In this document: piece by piece, positions 1 through 11,529 of the stretch
How positions within the stretch are numbered: position 1 is the first letter of the stretch
Layout of the letters: each line of letters starts with the position of its first letter
NCBI GenBank assembly: GCA_964016885.1
Contig: OZ024741.1
Span: 18,476,001-18,540,000 of the forward strand
Reading direction: 5' to 3'
Length of the DNA: 64,000 nt
From: Eledone cirrhosa
Taxonomy: Eukaryota
Notes under the pieces: generated by a model
Seen by the model: only the letters and a program-made list of their open reading frames with translations
Told to the model about the DNA's origin: nothing
Database searches by the model: none
Translations under genes and position numbers: made by a program

Positions 1-36
1 TATAAATATAAATATACAAACACATATATGTATGTA

Positions 37-73
<37 letters not shown>

Positions 74-113
74 GCATACACACATATATATATATATACA
101 TACATATATATAC

Positions 114-166
<53 letters not shown>

Positions 167-220
167 CATATATATATATTAGCTGCTGCTCGAACTTCGA
201 ATATGCTGTACTTTCATTTG

Positions 221-253
<33 letters not shown>

Positions 254-275
254 ACACACACATATATATATATAT

Positions 276-335
<60 letters not shown>

Positions 336-465
336 ACTTATATACACACTTGGTATACACACATATATATACATATATATTTGTGTGTGTGTCTGTACGT
401 ACATATGTATGTATACATGTCTGTATGTGTGTCTCTGTATGTGTGTGTGTGTGTGTGTGTGTACA
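1..465. repeat. (TA)n/(CA)n/(TG)n compound microsatellite; similar tracts recur throughout 1-21.3 kb
   Basis: Directly visible dinucleotide runs; other tracts at ~1300-1480, 1670-2017, 3635-3800, 7148-7198, 7590-7817, 8474-8755, 10003-10435, 12917-13150, 17610-17782, 18105-18240, 18955-19065, 20460-20648. Confidence 0.97.
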
Positions 466-932
466 TACGTTCATAAACAATGTAACCCTTTTTTCATAAT
501 AACAACAGGGTCCCTTTGATTTATTTATTTAATCATTTATCTATATATGTATTATCTATGTCTCATGGTAGGGGGATGAGCCCTGACATCTTAAAAGTGA
601 AACCAACTGTTGTTTCACCTACATCTCCAATGGCGTCAAATGAATCTCATTTCCGCGCGGTTTTCATTAAAATTTGGCAGCCATTTTGCTTTTGTATTTT
701 ATCTTTTGTGATTTTTTTAATCATTAATCCAACTATTCTCTCTCTCTCTCTCTTTCCCTATATATATATATATATATATTATATATATCTTTCTCTCTTT
801 ATCTCTCTCTTCCATTCTTTCTTTCTCGCTTACTTCTACATTCCCATCTCACACTCTCTCTCTTCAACTTCACCCACCTTTAGTCTCTCGTTCACACCCT
901 CACATATCCGCCGCACCCCCTCTCTCTCTCCT

Positions 933-978
<46 letters not shown>

Positions 979-1129
979 CATAAAGACCATTGTTTTCCTC
1001 TTTAGTCTATATGGTTTATTTACAGAGTTCTCTTCATATATTATATTACGGTATATACATTATTTTCGTTTTCCAGTTTGTATATTTTTATTGCTGTGTC
1101 TTACTCCGTTTAATTATACATTTCTTATA

Positions 1130-1205
1130 GATGTCGTTGTTATTGTTGTTGATGTTGTTGTTGTTGTCGTTATTGTTGTTGATGTTGTTGTTGTTGTTGT
1201 TGCTG
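1130..1205. repeat. (TTG)n trinucleotide microsatellite
   Basis: Degenerate gttgttgtt run. Confidence 0.9.
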
Positions 1206-1297
1206 TTTCGCTGTATCCATTTATCAGATAATTTAATTAAGAAAATTTATCAAAGGTGTTTCTCTACCCAGCCCGAATCGTTTTATTGTTATCTTCG

Positions 1298-1394
<97 letters not shown>

Positions 1395-1417
1395 AGTATA
1401 TATATATATATATATAC

Positions 1418-1481
<64 letters not shown>

Positions 1482-1483
<2 letters not shown>

Positions 1484-1670
1484 CGAAGGAAATGTGGTAA
1501 GGAACCAGGTGGACCATAACGCACCAAAGTACTCAATACTTAGGGTAGTAGAGTGGGTAATAGGAACGAGTAAGACCCCGACGGCTGAGCTCAAGCCGTT
1601 TCGACGGCTAATTCTGAACTTAGCCGTCGAAACGGCTTGAGCTCAGCCGTCGGAGTCCTACTCGTTCCTA
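1482..1670 (-). mobile_element. PLE-type terminal (pLTR) fragment with a 110-bp fold-back palindrome containing the 3' half of a hammerhead
   Basis: Arms 1561-1611 and 1620-1670 are reverse complements with 2 mismatches; GAAA-CGGCT..AGCCG-TC helix III/GUC motif on both strands; bounded by (TA)n. Confidence 0.65.
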
Positions 1671-1707
1671 TATATATATATATATACATACATACAAACA
1701 TATACGC

Positions 1708-1740
<33 letters not shown>

Positions 1741-1868
1741 AGTACATACACATACATACATACATACATACACACATACATATATATACACACATGTATA
1801 TATATATATGTGTGTGTGTGTGTAACACCTTTCGTAACTGTACTCCTTGTTGTTGTTATTTACTTTTC

Positions 1869-1997
<129 letters not shown>

Positions 1998-2322
1998 TAT
2001 GTATATATATATATATCATACACCTACGGTAGTAGGTGTATAATATTCTTAAGGTCCCATTTCGGTCACTCGCGACACCTTCAAAGCTTTGTCACTAATT
2101 CAATTTTTGATAGAATTGGATGCGGTTTCTTTCCCTTTATAGGACCCCAGATAAGCTACTTTTTGACATAAAAATATTGAAATTTGGTTCAGTAGAAAAA
2201 AAGTTACATAAAAATAAGTGAGGACCAAAAGAGTGTAAGGAACTACATACATAAGTAACGCTTAGTTTGTTTCTAATTTCTAATACATTAAAATAGTGAT
2301 AGATTGTGCAATAGCGAATTGT

Positions 2323-2395
2323 GGTCAGGTAGCTCAGTCGGTAGAGCAGCGGCCCGGCAATCCGAAGGTCGTGGGTTCGATTCCCACCCTGATTA
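2323..2395 (+). tRNA. tRNA-like gene or pseudo-tRNA (nominal anticodon GGC), 73 nt
   Basis: Acceptor GGTCAGG/CCTGATT, D-arm GCTC..GAGC with A-box TAGCTCAGTCGG, T-arm GTGGG-TTCGATT-CCCAC, followed by TTTT; anticodon stem has only 3 pairs and position 33 is C, so probably not a translational tRNA. Confidence 0.7.
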
Positions 2396-3421
2396 CTTTT
2401 CCTGTCTGCACTTATTCCTATTCATTATTATTTATTATTATTATTTAACTTATTTGTTGATAAATAGTTTTAATATTAATATAATATCCTTGCATCGCCT
2501 GCAAAAAAAGTGGATTACAGGGAAAAATGCGGGCGCATGTAAAGAAATATTCTTAAATTAATAAACCTAGAAAAGTAAAGGACAAGTTATTACACCTGGA
2601 AAAGTAAAGGACAAGAAAACTTCTTCTTAAAATATTGCAGCTAAAGTCTAAATTTGAAAAAAAATATTTAGATTATAAAACTAAAAATAAATAATTATAA
2701 GTTAATTGTTAAAAAAATATCACTTTAAAGGACTGGAAAAATGACTGTCTTATAGGGAGAGTTGACTACTGCATACTTAATTTTTTTCTTGGTGTATACA
2801 AATTAATCTTTTTAAAATAAAATTTGTACAATAATTTGTACAATAATTTGTACAATAATTAATTAATAATAATAATAATTAATATGTACAATTTATTAAT
2901 TTATATTTATGTTATAAGATATTTAAAAATTTTCACTCTTAATCAAATTATATTTTTAAAAATTTAGTTATAAAATAATGCAGTAAAATAAATCAAAAAC
3001 AGTGCATCATATAATTGCACTTTTTATGAGTATTACAGATTTTTTTTATAATATAGTAAAATTCAACATCTCAAGGGGCAAAATTAGGTAAAAGTCAATT
3101 CATCAATTATTCATTTATAGTGAATCAATCAATTATAGTGAATTCATCAATTCATTAGATGAACTGTTGAATTAGACAATGTTTAATTTTTAATTGTAGT
3201 CTAATTTTACTCTACCTAAAAATGTAGATTGGTTATTTTGATCTCTGACAGGTCTTAAATTTCATTATTAAACAATTATAATTTGTTATTATTTATCATT
3301 ACAGTTGGCTCCCTAATTAATTATTAATTAATTGTTAGTGTCATTTACACGCCAAAATTTTGTTTTATTTGATGTTTATAATTGTCACTCATTTTTTCAG
3401 TCCCATTTAGTAAAGTAAAAT

Positions 3422-3545
3422 AAAGTGGTTAGAGAATTTTGAATTCGGCGTCGTGAGGTTGTAAGTTCGATTCCTGGACTAGGCGATTCGTTATATGCTT
3501 GAACAAGACACTTTATTTCACGTTGCTCCTTCTACCTGAAGTTGC
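3422..3545 (+). mobile_element. Degenerate tRNA-derived SINE with a CORE-like central segment
   Basis: A-box-like AGTGGTTAGAG, B-box GTTCGATTCC, then CTTGAACAAGACACTT resembling the CORE-SINE consensus CTTGGGCAAGTCACTT. Confidence 0.5.
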
Positions 3546-3631
3546 GACCGATTGATAGTATTAGCAAATGGAAAGACCAATGGAAACATTGTTACCTCGG
3601 TCCGATTTGACGAAAGTCGATCCATCCTTAT

Positions 3632-3736
<105 letters not shown>

Positions 3737-3937
3737 ATGTATGTTTATATATATATCATGTATATATGTATGTGTATACATGTGTACATATGTATATATA
3801 TGGACCCGTAACGCCTGTTGTAGAGGATCCGTAATGACAAACGGCGTTTCCAGGTCTGATTACAGCAGATTTATTCCACAAAAGGATAGAAAGTGAGAGA
3901 AGGGAAGAGAGAAAGAGATATAGAGGAAGAATCGACC

Positions 3938-4085
3938 TCAGTACTAGACTGGTACTTTTTATTGACCTTAAATGGATGGAGGGCAAAGTTGACCTTGGTA
4001 GGATTTGAACTCAGAGAGCAGAGAGCTGAAACGAATACTACAAAGATTATATCTGACATTCTAACGACTCTGCAAATTCACTGGC
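3938..4085 (-). mobile_element. Degenerate tRNA-derived SINE (same type as 23.4-23.9 kb copies)
   Basis: Minus strand GAGTTCAAATCC B-box followed by GTCAACTTTGCCCTCCATCC..GGTCAATAAAAAGTACCAG, similar to 23692-23760. Confidence 0.7.
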
Positions 4086-4249
4086 TATAGACACACACAC
4101 ACACACTCAGCATATAGGTTATATAGCTCTTTTATGTGAATAAATTAATTAATCTTCCATTTATCCAATGATGGCACTCCATACACAGAACAACATTAGC
4201 ACAACCAATTCAGTGTTTAAAGTTTACATTAATTATATAGTGGTGTAAT

Positions 4250-6760
4250 TTAGTCTAAGTAATAGAAGGAAAATATACCAAAAGTAGATGTACATGGGGA
4301 TATCTCTAGGGTAAAAGGTTCTAGGAGGATGTCACTATTTGTGTTAAAGTGGATCAATGAGTGTGGAGATGTGGTGTAAGGTGTACCCTTGAGGTTTGTT
4401 GCTAGAGGTAGTGACGGGTTCAAGTCTGACATTGTTATATATTGGGTTTAAAGTTTGGGAAGGAGTGTCGGAAGCGGTGCTGGCAAGACACGAACACTAC
4501 CGATTTTTTATTAAGGAGGTTATGGTTTGAGAAGATAATAGTATGGGTCTCTAGTAAGCAGAGGTTACAAAATTTATTAGGTGGTTTTTACGATGTCGCC
4601 TTACCTATCACTTCCCATTTAAGTGTATAGGATTTATTTTTAGTTTTTAGATAGTGTATGTAGCTAGATAGTGAAGTGGAGTTGGCTAGACTGTGTTTTT
4701 TGAAAGAGTGGAGGTGCGAATTATATCTGGTTTTGAAACAGTTTGAAGTAGAGCCTATATAGGTTTCAGAAGAGTTGTTAGTTGTGACGGTACATGAGTA
4801 TATGATATCCTTGATTAAGCATTTTTTATCTAAAGGGCAGGTTCTATTTGATCTACAGTTACAATTATTCTGGGTGTTAGTCTGCCGGTTATTATGTTGT
4901 GTAGAAGTCTGGATGGTAGCTATAGGGTTATGGTTATGGGGGTTGTCGTTCCCAGCGTTATTGCTTACACTAGTGCTATTACTATTATTACTATTGCTAT
5001 TAGGGTTAGTTGATATAATGTTATTTTGAAGGTTTATCGTCTGTTGTGATTTAGTTTGTTGGAAGTAAGAATTAATTTTTCTTTTATTGCTACTAGCTAT
5101 GTGGTATGCTATGTTAGGCGTAGTAGAGTAGGAGATTTTAATAGTGTTTTTGTTTAAAAGGCTATGGTATTTGTGGCCAGATGGGAAGTTTTTATCTAGT
5201 AGTGAGAAGAAAGCCCTAGGTATGTTGGTAGAGACGTTTAGATTGAAAGGAGGGTTGAAAATGTATTATTTCTTCTTCTATTTTTGTTTTTTATGTCTGG
5301 TGAGTTGTTTCCTTGTATGGTACTATGGTAATTTCTGTGGTGTGGGTTACTTTTGTTGGCATCCCCCGTATAAGTGTGTGTGTGGTTGCTATTCTTATTA
5401 CTAAATTCCTCATGGACATATTGTGCGAAATAATGTTGTAGCTATGTGTTTTTGTAGGTAGGAACTCGATCTCTATATTATGGCCTAATCTAGCTAATGC
5501 GAGTTTTTGCTAAATAATATTGCGAGTTTTTGCTAAATATGTTTACGTCATAGGATAGATTAGAGATTCTATTGGATACTCCCTTAGAGATAGAGTTTAA
5601 TATTGATCTAGGGTGGTTAGACTTGGTATCTACGGAAATGAGTTTTTCGTTAGGTTTATGGAAAAGTGTATATATCTTTGAGTCTAGGTAGATGGTGGCT
5701 TCCAGGAAGTTAAAGTTTTTAGTGTTTTTGTCCATGGTAATACTAAGGTTATAGTTTTTGAATGTCTTGTGCAATAGTTTTCTAGTTCTTTCTATATTGA
5801 ATTTTTTATAGTCTATAAGTAGAAGTGCATCATCGCGGTACAAACCACCGTTGAGGTATGGAAGGTCCTTATGGATTTCGTTAAGTAAATATAGGCCGAC
5901 CAAATCAGTGACCTGCGCCGAGTCACTAGATCCCATGGTTATGTCGAAGTTGTTTTGCGTATCTTTGCGGGTCCATAATTGGTCTTCAAAGGTGATTACG
6001 GTCTTACGGGCCGCAAGTATGACATCAATCTGGGGTCTAGTCAGGTCACTATTGTCCATGGCCATGATTAGTGCCTTATTTAATAGGATAGGGGAAATAG
6101 AGGTGTAGTATGAATTGATATCAAATTTGAATAAATTTTGTATCCTTGTTATCCTTGATATCTTTGAACCATTCAATAACTTCACCCGTATTTCCCCATT
6201 CTTTAAGGTATATTTTGTGTTAAAATCTGTGGGATGATTTTATCTAAAATTTTCTTACTGATAATGCCAATGTCAGACTTGGAAGGGCAGATAAGTCTAA
6301 TCGAGGGGTTGCTAATGAAGTCCTCCTTATGGTCCTTCAGAGAGAATCTAGGGGGGTTTGGGGTATATGGTTGTCTATGTCTCTGAAGTCCTAGGTTGGA
6401 CACTATATTATAGTCTTCCATATTAACATCTTCTAAGTTTTTCATAGTAGTTTTCTTGTAGCTTTTATGTAGTTCATTATATATAAACTTTCTATAAGTA
6501 TTATAATCTAGGCTGTATATCTTATTAGTTTTGTCCGCATGTACAATAATTTTATTACTAGTTTTGAATTCATTAATAGAGGTGTTAAGTTTGTTTAAGA
6601 AGGTGTTGTTTTTATTACGGTGCCTTTTGTATTTAATGTTCTTAACTAGTTTTATTAGGTCATTTTCAAAGGAGTTTAGTAGTGTGTTATGAGGGGGGCT
6701 TCTAAAGGTTTTAAAGCCGAAGGAGTCAAATTTCTTAGTATTATTAACCTTGTTAGATAT
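4250..6760 (-). pseudogene. Penelope-like element 1: disrupted RT + C-terminal GIY-YIG endonuclease, 5'-truncated
   Basis: ORF pieces 6203-6814 (ADKTNKIY, KDHK, IRLICPSKSDIG) and 5490-6185 (FDINSYY, MGSSDSAQVTDLVG, GLYRDD, SNHP). Manual translation gives FNPPFNLNVSTN..SYSTTPN (~5260-5115) and CNCRSNRTCPLDKKC..IIY..TYIG..FKTRYNSH..CNLC..CQH (4865-4470), with a TAA at 4588-4590 and frameshifts near 6130-6200. Confidence 0.92.
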
Positions 6761-6764
6761 AACA

Positions 6765-7142
6765 CCCTGCCGCACTATATTCTTATATAAATAAGACACA
6801 CGTGCATGCCCCACGTGTAACTATTGCATACACTAACTACTTCTAACTATCCTCTTGCAATTTCTTCGTAAACTGCCAATGTTGTATCTTAACTTTTGTT
6901 TTCTTTTAATAGGACTTTAATCTTTGAATGTAAATTGTCATGCTAGAATATTATAATGGATGTCAACCCACTGTGCGTCAATATATACATATGTTTCTGT
7001 ATGTCTCTTGTGTTGAAAAGGAGGTCATGTATATAAACAATCATTGAAAAATTGCTCCGAAGACACCAAACCTCGGTTTGGAAGAAACAATTGTAAGCGA
7101 ATAAATGGTTTAAACAGAACTTTGATTCATGTAATTTCTATA

Positions 7143-7148
<6 letters not shown>
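6765..7148 (+). mobile_element. PLE-type 3' terminal fragment, inverted relative to PLE 1
   Basis: TATAAA 7032-7037, hammerhead motif 7051-7102, AATAAA 7100-7105, ends in (TA)n. Confidence 0.6.
7051..7102 (+). ncRNA. Type I hammerhead ribozyme motif, U4C core variant
   Basis: UUGCU-CCGAAGA-ca-CCAAACC-uc-GGUUUGG-aa-GAAA-CAAUUG-UA-AGCGA: helix I UUGCU/AGCGA, helix II hairpin with mismatched base, palindromic helix III. Confidence 0.65.
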
Positions 7149-7198
<50 letters not shown>

Positions 7199-7200
<2 letters not shown>

Positions 7201-7582
7201 GATAACTACAGTAAGTAAGGTACTCAATACTTAGCAGAGTAAAAGTAATTTAATATAGAAATGGCTTCTACAGGACTAGAACTGTTTCATTCGGAGGAAA
7301 TCATGAGAAAGCCGACTGTCAATGTAAATTTCTGGTATTTATACATTTTGTCATGGTAAGGGAAGGGTAGTGGTTGGGGAGGAGAAGCGTGGTAGAGGTC
7401 ATGGTGGGATTAAAGGATGGGGATTCTTAGAAAAAACAAAATTTATTTAGAGAAAGAAGTTTAGTGGCAAGTTGCAATTGAAATAAACACTTCCTTATTC
7501 TATAGTAGAATTTTGAACAAAAGGTATATCAAGTAGTTGATCGAACATCTGTGGAAATGGTAGGTTAGTACAAGGTGTCAAG
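7199..7582 (-). mobile_element. PLE-type 3' terminal fragment, copy A (near-identical inverted copy at 15680-16020)
   Basis: 7248-7580 is the reverse complement of 15680-16020 apart from a CCA-rich insert in copy B; carries TATAAA and a hammerhead; flanked by microsatellites. Confidence 0.8.
7263..7313 (-). ncRNA. Type I hammerhead ribozyme motif, G5C core variant
   Basis: GGCUUU-CUCAUGA-uUUCcuccGAAu-GAAA-CAG..CUG-UA-GAAGCC: 6-bp helix I, short helix II, closed helix III. Confidence 0.65.
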
Positions 7583-7599
7583 CACTCACGCGCGCACGC

Positions 7600-7644
<45 letters not shown>

Positions 7645-7811
7645 TAAATACATATATACACATACATATACATATATACAGACACACATACACACATGTG
7701 TACATATATATGTGTGTGTGTATATATGTATATATATATGTATATATACACACACATATATATGTACACATATGTATACATATATATACATATATATACA
7801 TATATATATAT

Positions 7812-8070
7812 ATATATGAAAAAATGGCGTGCTGCGTGGTTGCAAATGTGTTACATATGAATAAAATTAGTCCTTCATCAGTGATCTTCCAGCCTTCATT
7901 GGTATTTCATCGCTTTAAAGATCATATACCTCTGGTTGGTGCGAGCAACGGCTAAAGAAAGTCGTTGGGACACGTACGTGTTCCAACGACTATCTTTAGC
8001 CGTTGCTCGCACCAACCAGAGGTATATGTAACCCATTTGCAACCACGCTGCACGCCATTTTTTCATATAT
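7812..8070. repeat. ~260-bp fold-back palindrome with a one-sided 64-bp segment
   Basis: Inner arms 7923-7975/7976-8028 with zero spacer (centre CACGT|ACGTG); outer arms 7812-7858/8024-8070; third copy of the inner arm at 8430-8473. Confidence 0.92.
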
Positions 8071-8471
8071 TTATATATTTTCCTCCGCAGTGACCCGTCT
8101 GTTTCTTTCTTACTGCTTCCCCTTTCTCTGTATCTCTCACTTCCTTTTACCCCCTCTGCCAGTCACACTCTCAGTTAGCCTCTTCCTCACACTTTCACTC
8201 ACTCACTCTTTGCTACTCTCTCTCTCTCTATTACTTCCTCCCGTTTGACCTGTGCGAAATACTTTCCTCACTCACATTTCAACTAGGTCGGATGGTCTAT
8301 TTTTCTCTCGTCTACGATTTCACAGAACTTATGTTCATCGATTTCAGGGACTTGACTCCTTCTTCCTCACTTTTCGTTGCATTACCATCTTTGTTTGTTT
8401 GTTTACTGTATTGCACGTTTCCCCTATTTACGTGTCCCAACGACTTTCTTTAGCCGTTGCTCGCACCAACC

Positions 8472-8611
<140 letters not shown>

Positions 8612-8755
8612 TACATATATATATACACACACTCTTACACAAATATATATCTATATATACATATATATATATATACACATATACACATATTTATATATAT
8701 ATTATATACACATATACATACATATATCCACACACAAACATATATATATATATAT

Positions 8756-9999
8756 AGGAGGAGGTTGGCCCTCCCACTCGGTGCCAATTTCGGATACATA
8801 AGGAACGAACTGGCACGTATCCGGAACAAATGCACCGACGCTAGAGACCGAGACACACACACCACACATTTCCTGGAAGTACTCAAACTGAACGGATACA
8901 CGACATCCACCACAAACCGTGCCAGAAAGAACAGAGGACACCACACCCGAGGCACTAACACTTGCTTCCTGAAGCTCCCATACTTCAGTGAAGAAACAAC
9001 GACAGCCATCCGCAGAGCCTTCAGACGAGAGGGACTGGATATCCAACTGGCCCACTCGGGTCCTTCTCTGCGCGGACGGCTGGCCAAGAGACACTCCACC
9101 AGACATGACAACTGCTGCAGACTAGCCAACTGCCCCATCAACGACACAGACCTATGCCACCAGGCTTACGTCGTATACAGACTAGAGTGTGACAAATGCA
9201 ACAACTTCTACGTAGGTAGCACCACCAGACCACTCCACATAAGAATAAAAGAACACCTCAATACTAACGCTTCCTCATTTAAGAAACACCTAGTTAAATG
9301 CAAAAACACCGACAAAACCATAACAGTTAGGATAGAAACTAAGGAAAGAAACCTCGGCAATCTTAGAATTAAGGAAGCACTAATTATAGATAAAACACAA
9401 CCACCAATCAATAATAGACTAGAACTCAACACCCAATTTATAACCTGATAGGGCTTCTAGCCCCATATTTACCCCCCCCCCACACACACACACGCACGCG
9501 CACACGCTTACACCACTTATTCTCTCTCACACATACACACACAAAACCAGTTCTAACACCAGCTAACACCTATCCCCCACATTTACGAATAGACTTATCT
9601 TCTCACACTCACACACACACACTCACACACTTACATCTTCATGCATTGTCCCACACACTTATACAGGCATGTATATAAAATTTAAAAAAAATAAAAAAAA
9701 AACCTAAACAAACCCCTTTTAAAGGGAGACTACTCTTTATCCACCTAATTTTAACTCTTTGACATTAGAGATAGAACAGATACTCTATACTATTTCCTGT
9801 CAGCATGGCTTGGCAAGATATTTAGAACGCTGGTTTGAGACCTTTATTTCCCTCTGAAGAAGAGATATTATCTCGAAAATTAAGGACATTTAAATAAATC
9901 TAAGGTAAAGGACGAATTGTCAACAATATCTTTTACAATTGCATTCTTTTTTTTATGTACATACCTGCATTGTTTTGGCTTTATTACACACATTCAAAC

Positions 10000-10002
<3 letters not shown>
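8756..10002 (+). mobile_element. Penelope-like element 2, 5'-truncated: RT thumb remnant + GIY-YIG endonuclease (to stop at 9448) + 3' UTR/pLTR
   Basis: Non-repeat part of ORF 8252-9448: [59 protein letters not shown]; hammerhead in 3' UTR; flanked by (TA)n. Confidence 0.92.
9843..9898 (+). ncRNA. Minimal type I hammerhead ribozyme motif in PLE 2 3' end
   Basis: UUUAUUU..CCU-CUGAAGA-a-GAGAU-auu-AUCUC-GAAA-AU-UA-AGG..AAAUAAA: intact core, palindromic AAUU helix III, interrupted helix I overlapping AAUAAA. Confidence 0.72.
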
Positions 10003-10073
<71 letters not shown>

Positions 10074-10358
10074 GCATACATATACACATATATACACACA
10101 TACGTATACATACACACATACGCATACAAATATATACACATATACATACATATATATATACATACATATACATACATACACATATATATATATATACATA
10201 CACATATACATACACACACATATATATACATGCATACACACACATACACACATATATACAAATATACACATATATACACATACATACATACACACACATA
10301 TATACATATATATACACATATATACATATACATATATATACACATATATACATATATA

Positions 10359-10435
<77 letters not shown>

Positions 10436-11044
10436 GTGGTGGCTGCCAACTCGTTTTCGAGTACGGCCACTACTTTATATCCATGTAGGAGAACCCCTAC
10501 CGATGGGCTGAACGAGTGTGACTTTTTAGTCCAGCCAGCGACTTGAAAACTCTGGTGCAAACACTACACTTGTGACAATTATTGACACATAGTGCTGGGC
10601 CCATGGTACCATGTGACGACAAGTGCAGAGAGATCTCCAGATATAAAGCAATGCCTGTGCCGTGAAGCTTTTATAGTGAGCAAAGGCACTGCACAAAGCC
10701 AGTCCCACACTCTTAACCAAGATGATATTTACCAAAAAGAAAAACAAGTCGACATCATTGGATACCATCAGGGTTGCAGGTGTTATATCAGAGTTTTCCT
10801 TCTCCTAGAATTCTGCCTTGACAAAGGCTAAGGGGTCATCTCTCCCGGTGATTTTGGATGGCCATTGACTCTTAAGAGCTCCTTTGCCCTTTGACAGGTT
10901 TTGTTTTTAGTCCTGCAGGATGTCCAAAATCACCCTATCACCAAGAAACCTTGGTGGGGTTGCCAGTTTAGTCGCCAACGACCCGACCATGAGACAGGTT
11001 GTACTGGGATACATGTTACCAGTAGCACCAACTGGTGACCTGAC
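10436..11044 (-). mobile_element. ~610-bp non-autonomous element with RTE-type 5' motif, copy 1
   Basis: Near-identical to copies at 11103, 11530 and 20648; contains TAGCCTT..CTAGGAGAAGGAAAACTCTGA recalled from RTE 5' regions and RTE-related SINEs; strand inferred from this motif. Confidence 0.7.
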
Positions 11045-11102
11045 ATATACACATATATATATATATTTATTTACATATATATATATAAATATATATACAC
11101 AC

Positions 11103-11512
11103 ATGGTGGCTGCCAACTCGTTTTCAAGTACGGCCACTACTTTATATCCATGTAGGAGAACCCCTACCGATGCGCTGAACAAGTATGACTTTTTAGTCCA
11201 GCCAGCGACTTGAAAACTCTGGTACAAACACTACACTTGTGACAATTATTGACACATAGTGCTGCGCCCATGGCACCACATGATGACAAGTGCAGAGAGA
11301 TCTCCAGATATAAAGCAATGCATGTGCCGTGAAGCTTTTATAGTGAGCAAAGGCACTGCACAAAGCCAGTCCCACTCTCTTAAACAAGATGATATTTACC
11401 AAAAAGAAGAACAAGTCAACATCATTGGATATCATCAGGGTTGCAGGTGTTATATCAGAGTTTTCCTTCTCCTAGAATTCTGCCTTGACAAAGGCTAAGA
11501 GTTCATCTCTCC
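11103..11512 (-). mobile_element. ~610-bp element, copy 2 (truncated to ~410 bp)
   Basis: Aligns with copy 1 from the GGTGGCTGCC end to CATCTCTCC. Confidence 0.75.
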
Positions 11513-11529
11513 TGTATATATATACACAC

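Noticed and set aside
4588-4590. In-frame stop in PLE 1 endonuclease as possible selenocysteine recoding (known in Naiad PLEs)
   Set aside because: The stop is TAA, not TGA, at a position that is Tyr in PLE 3, and the element has frameshifts
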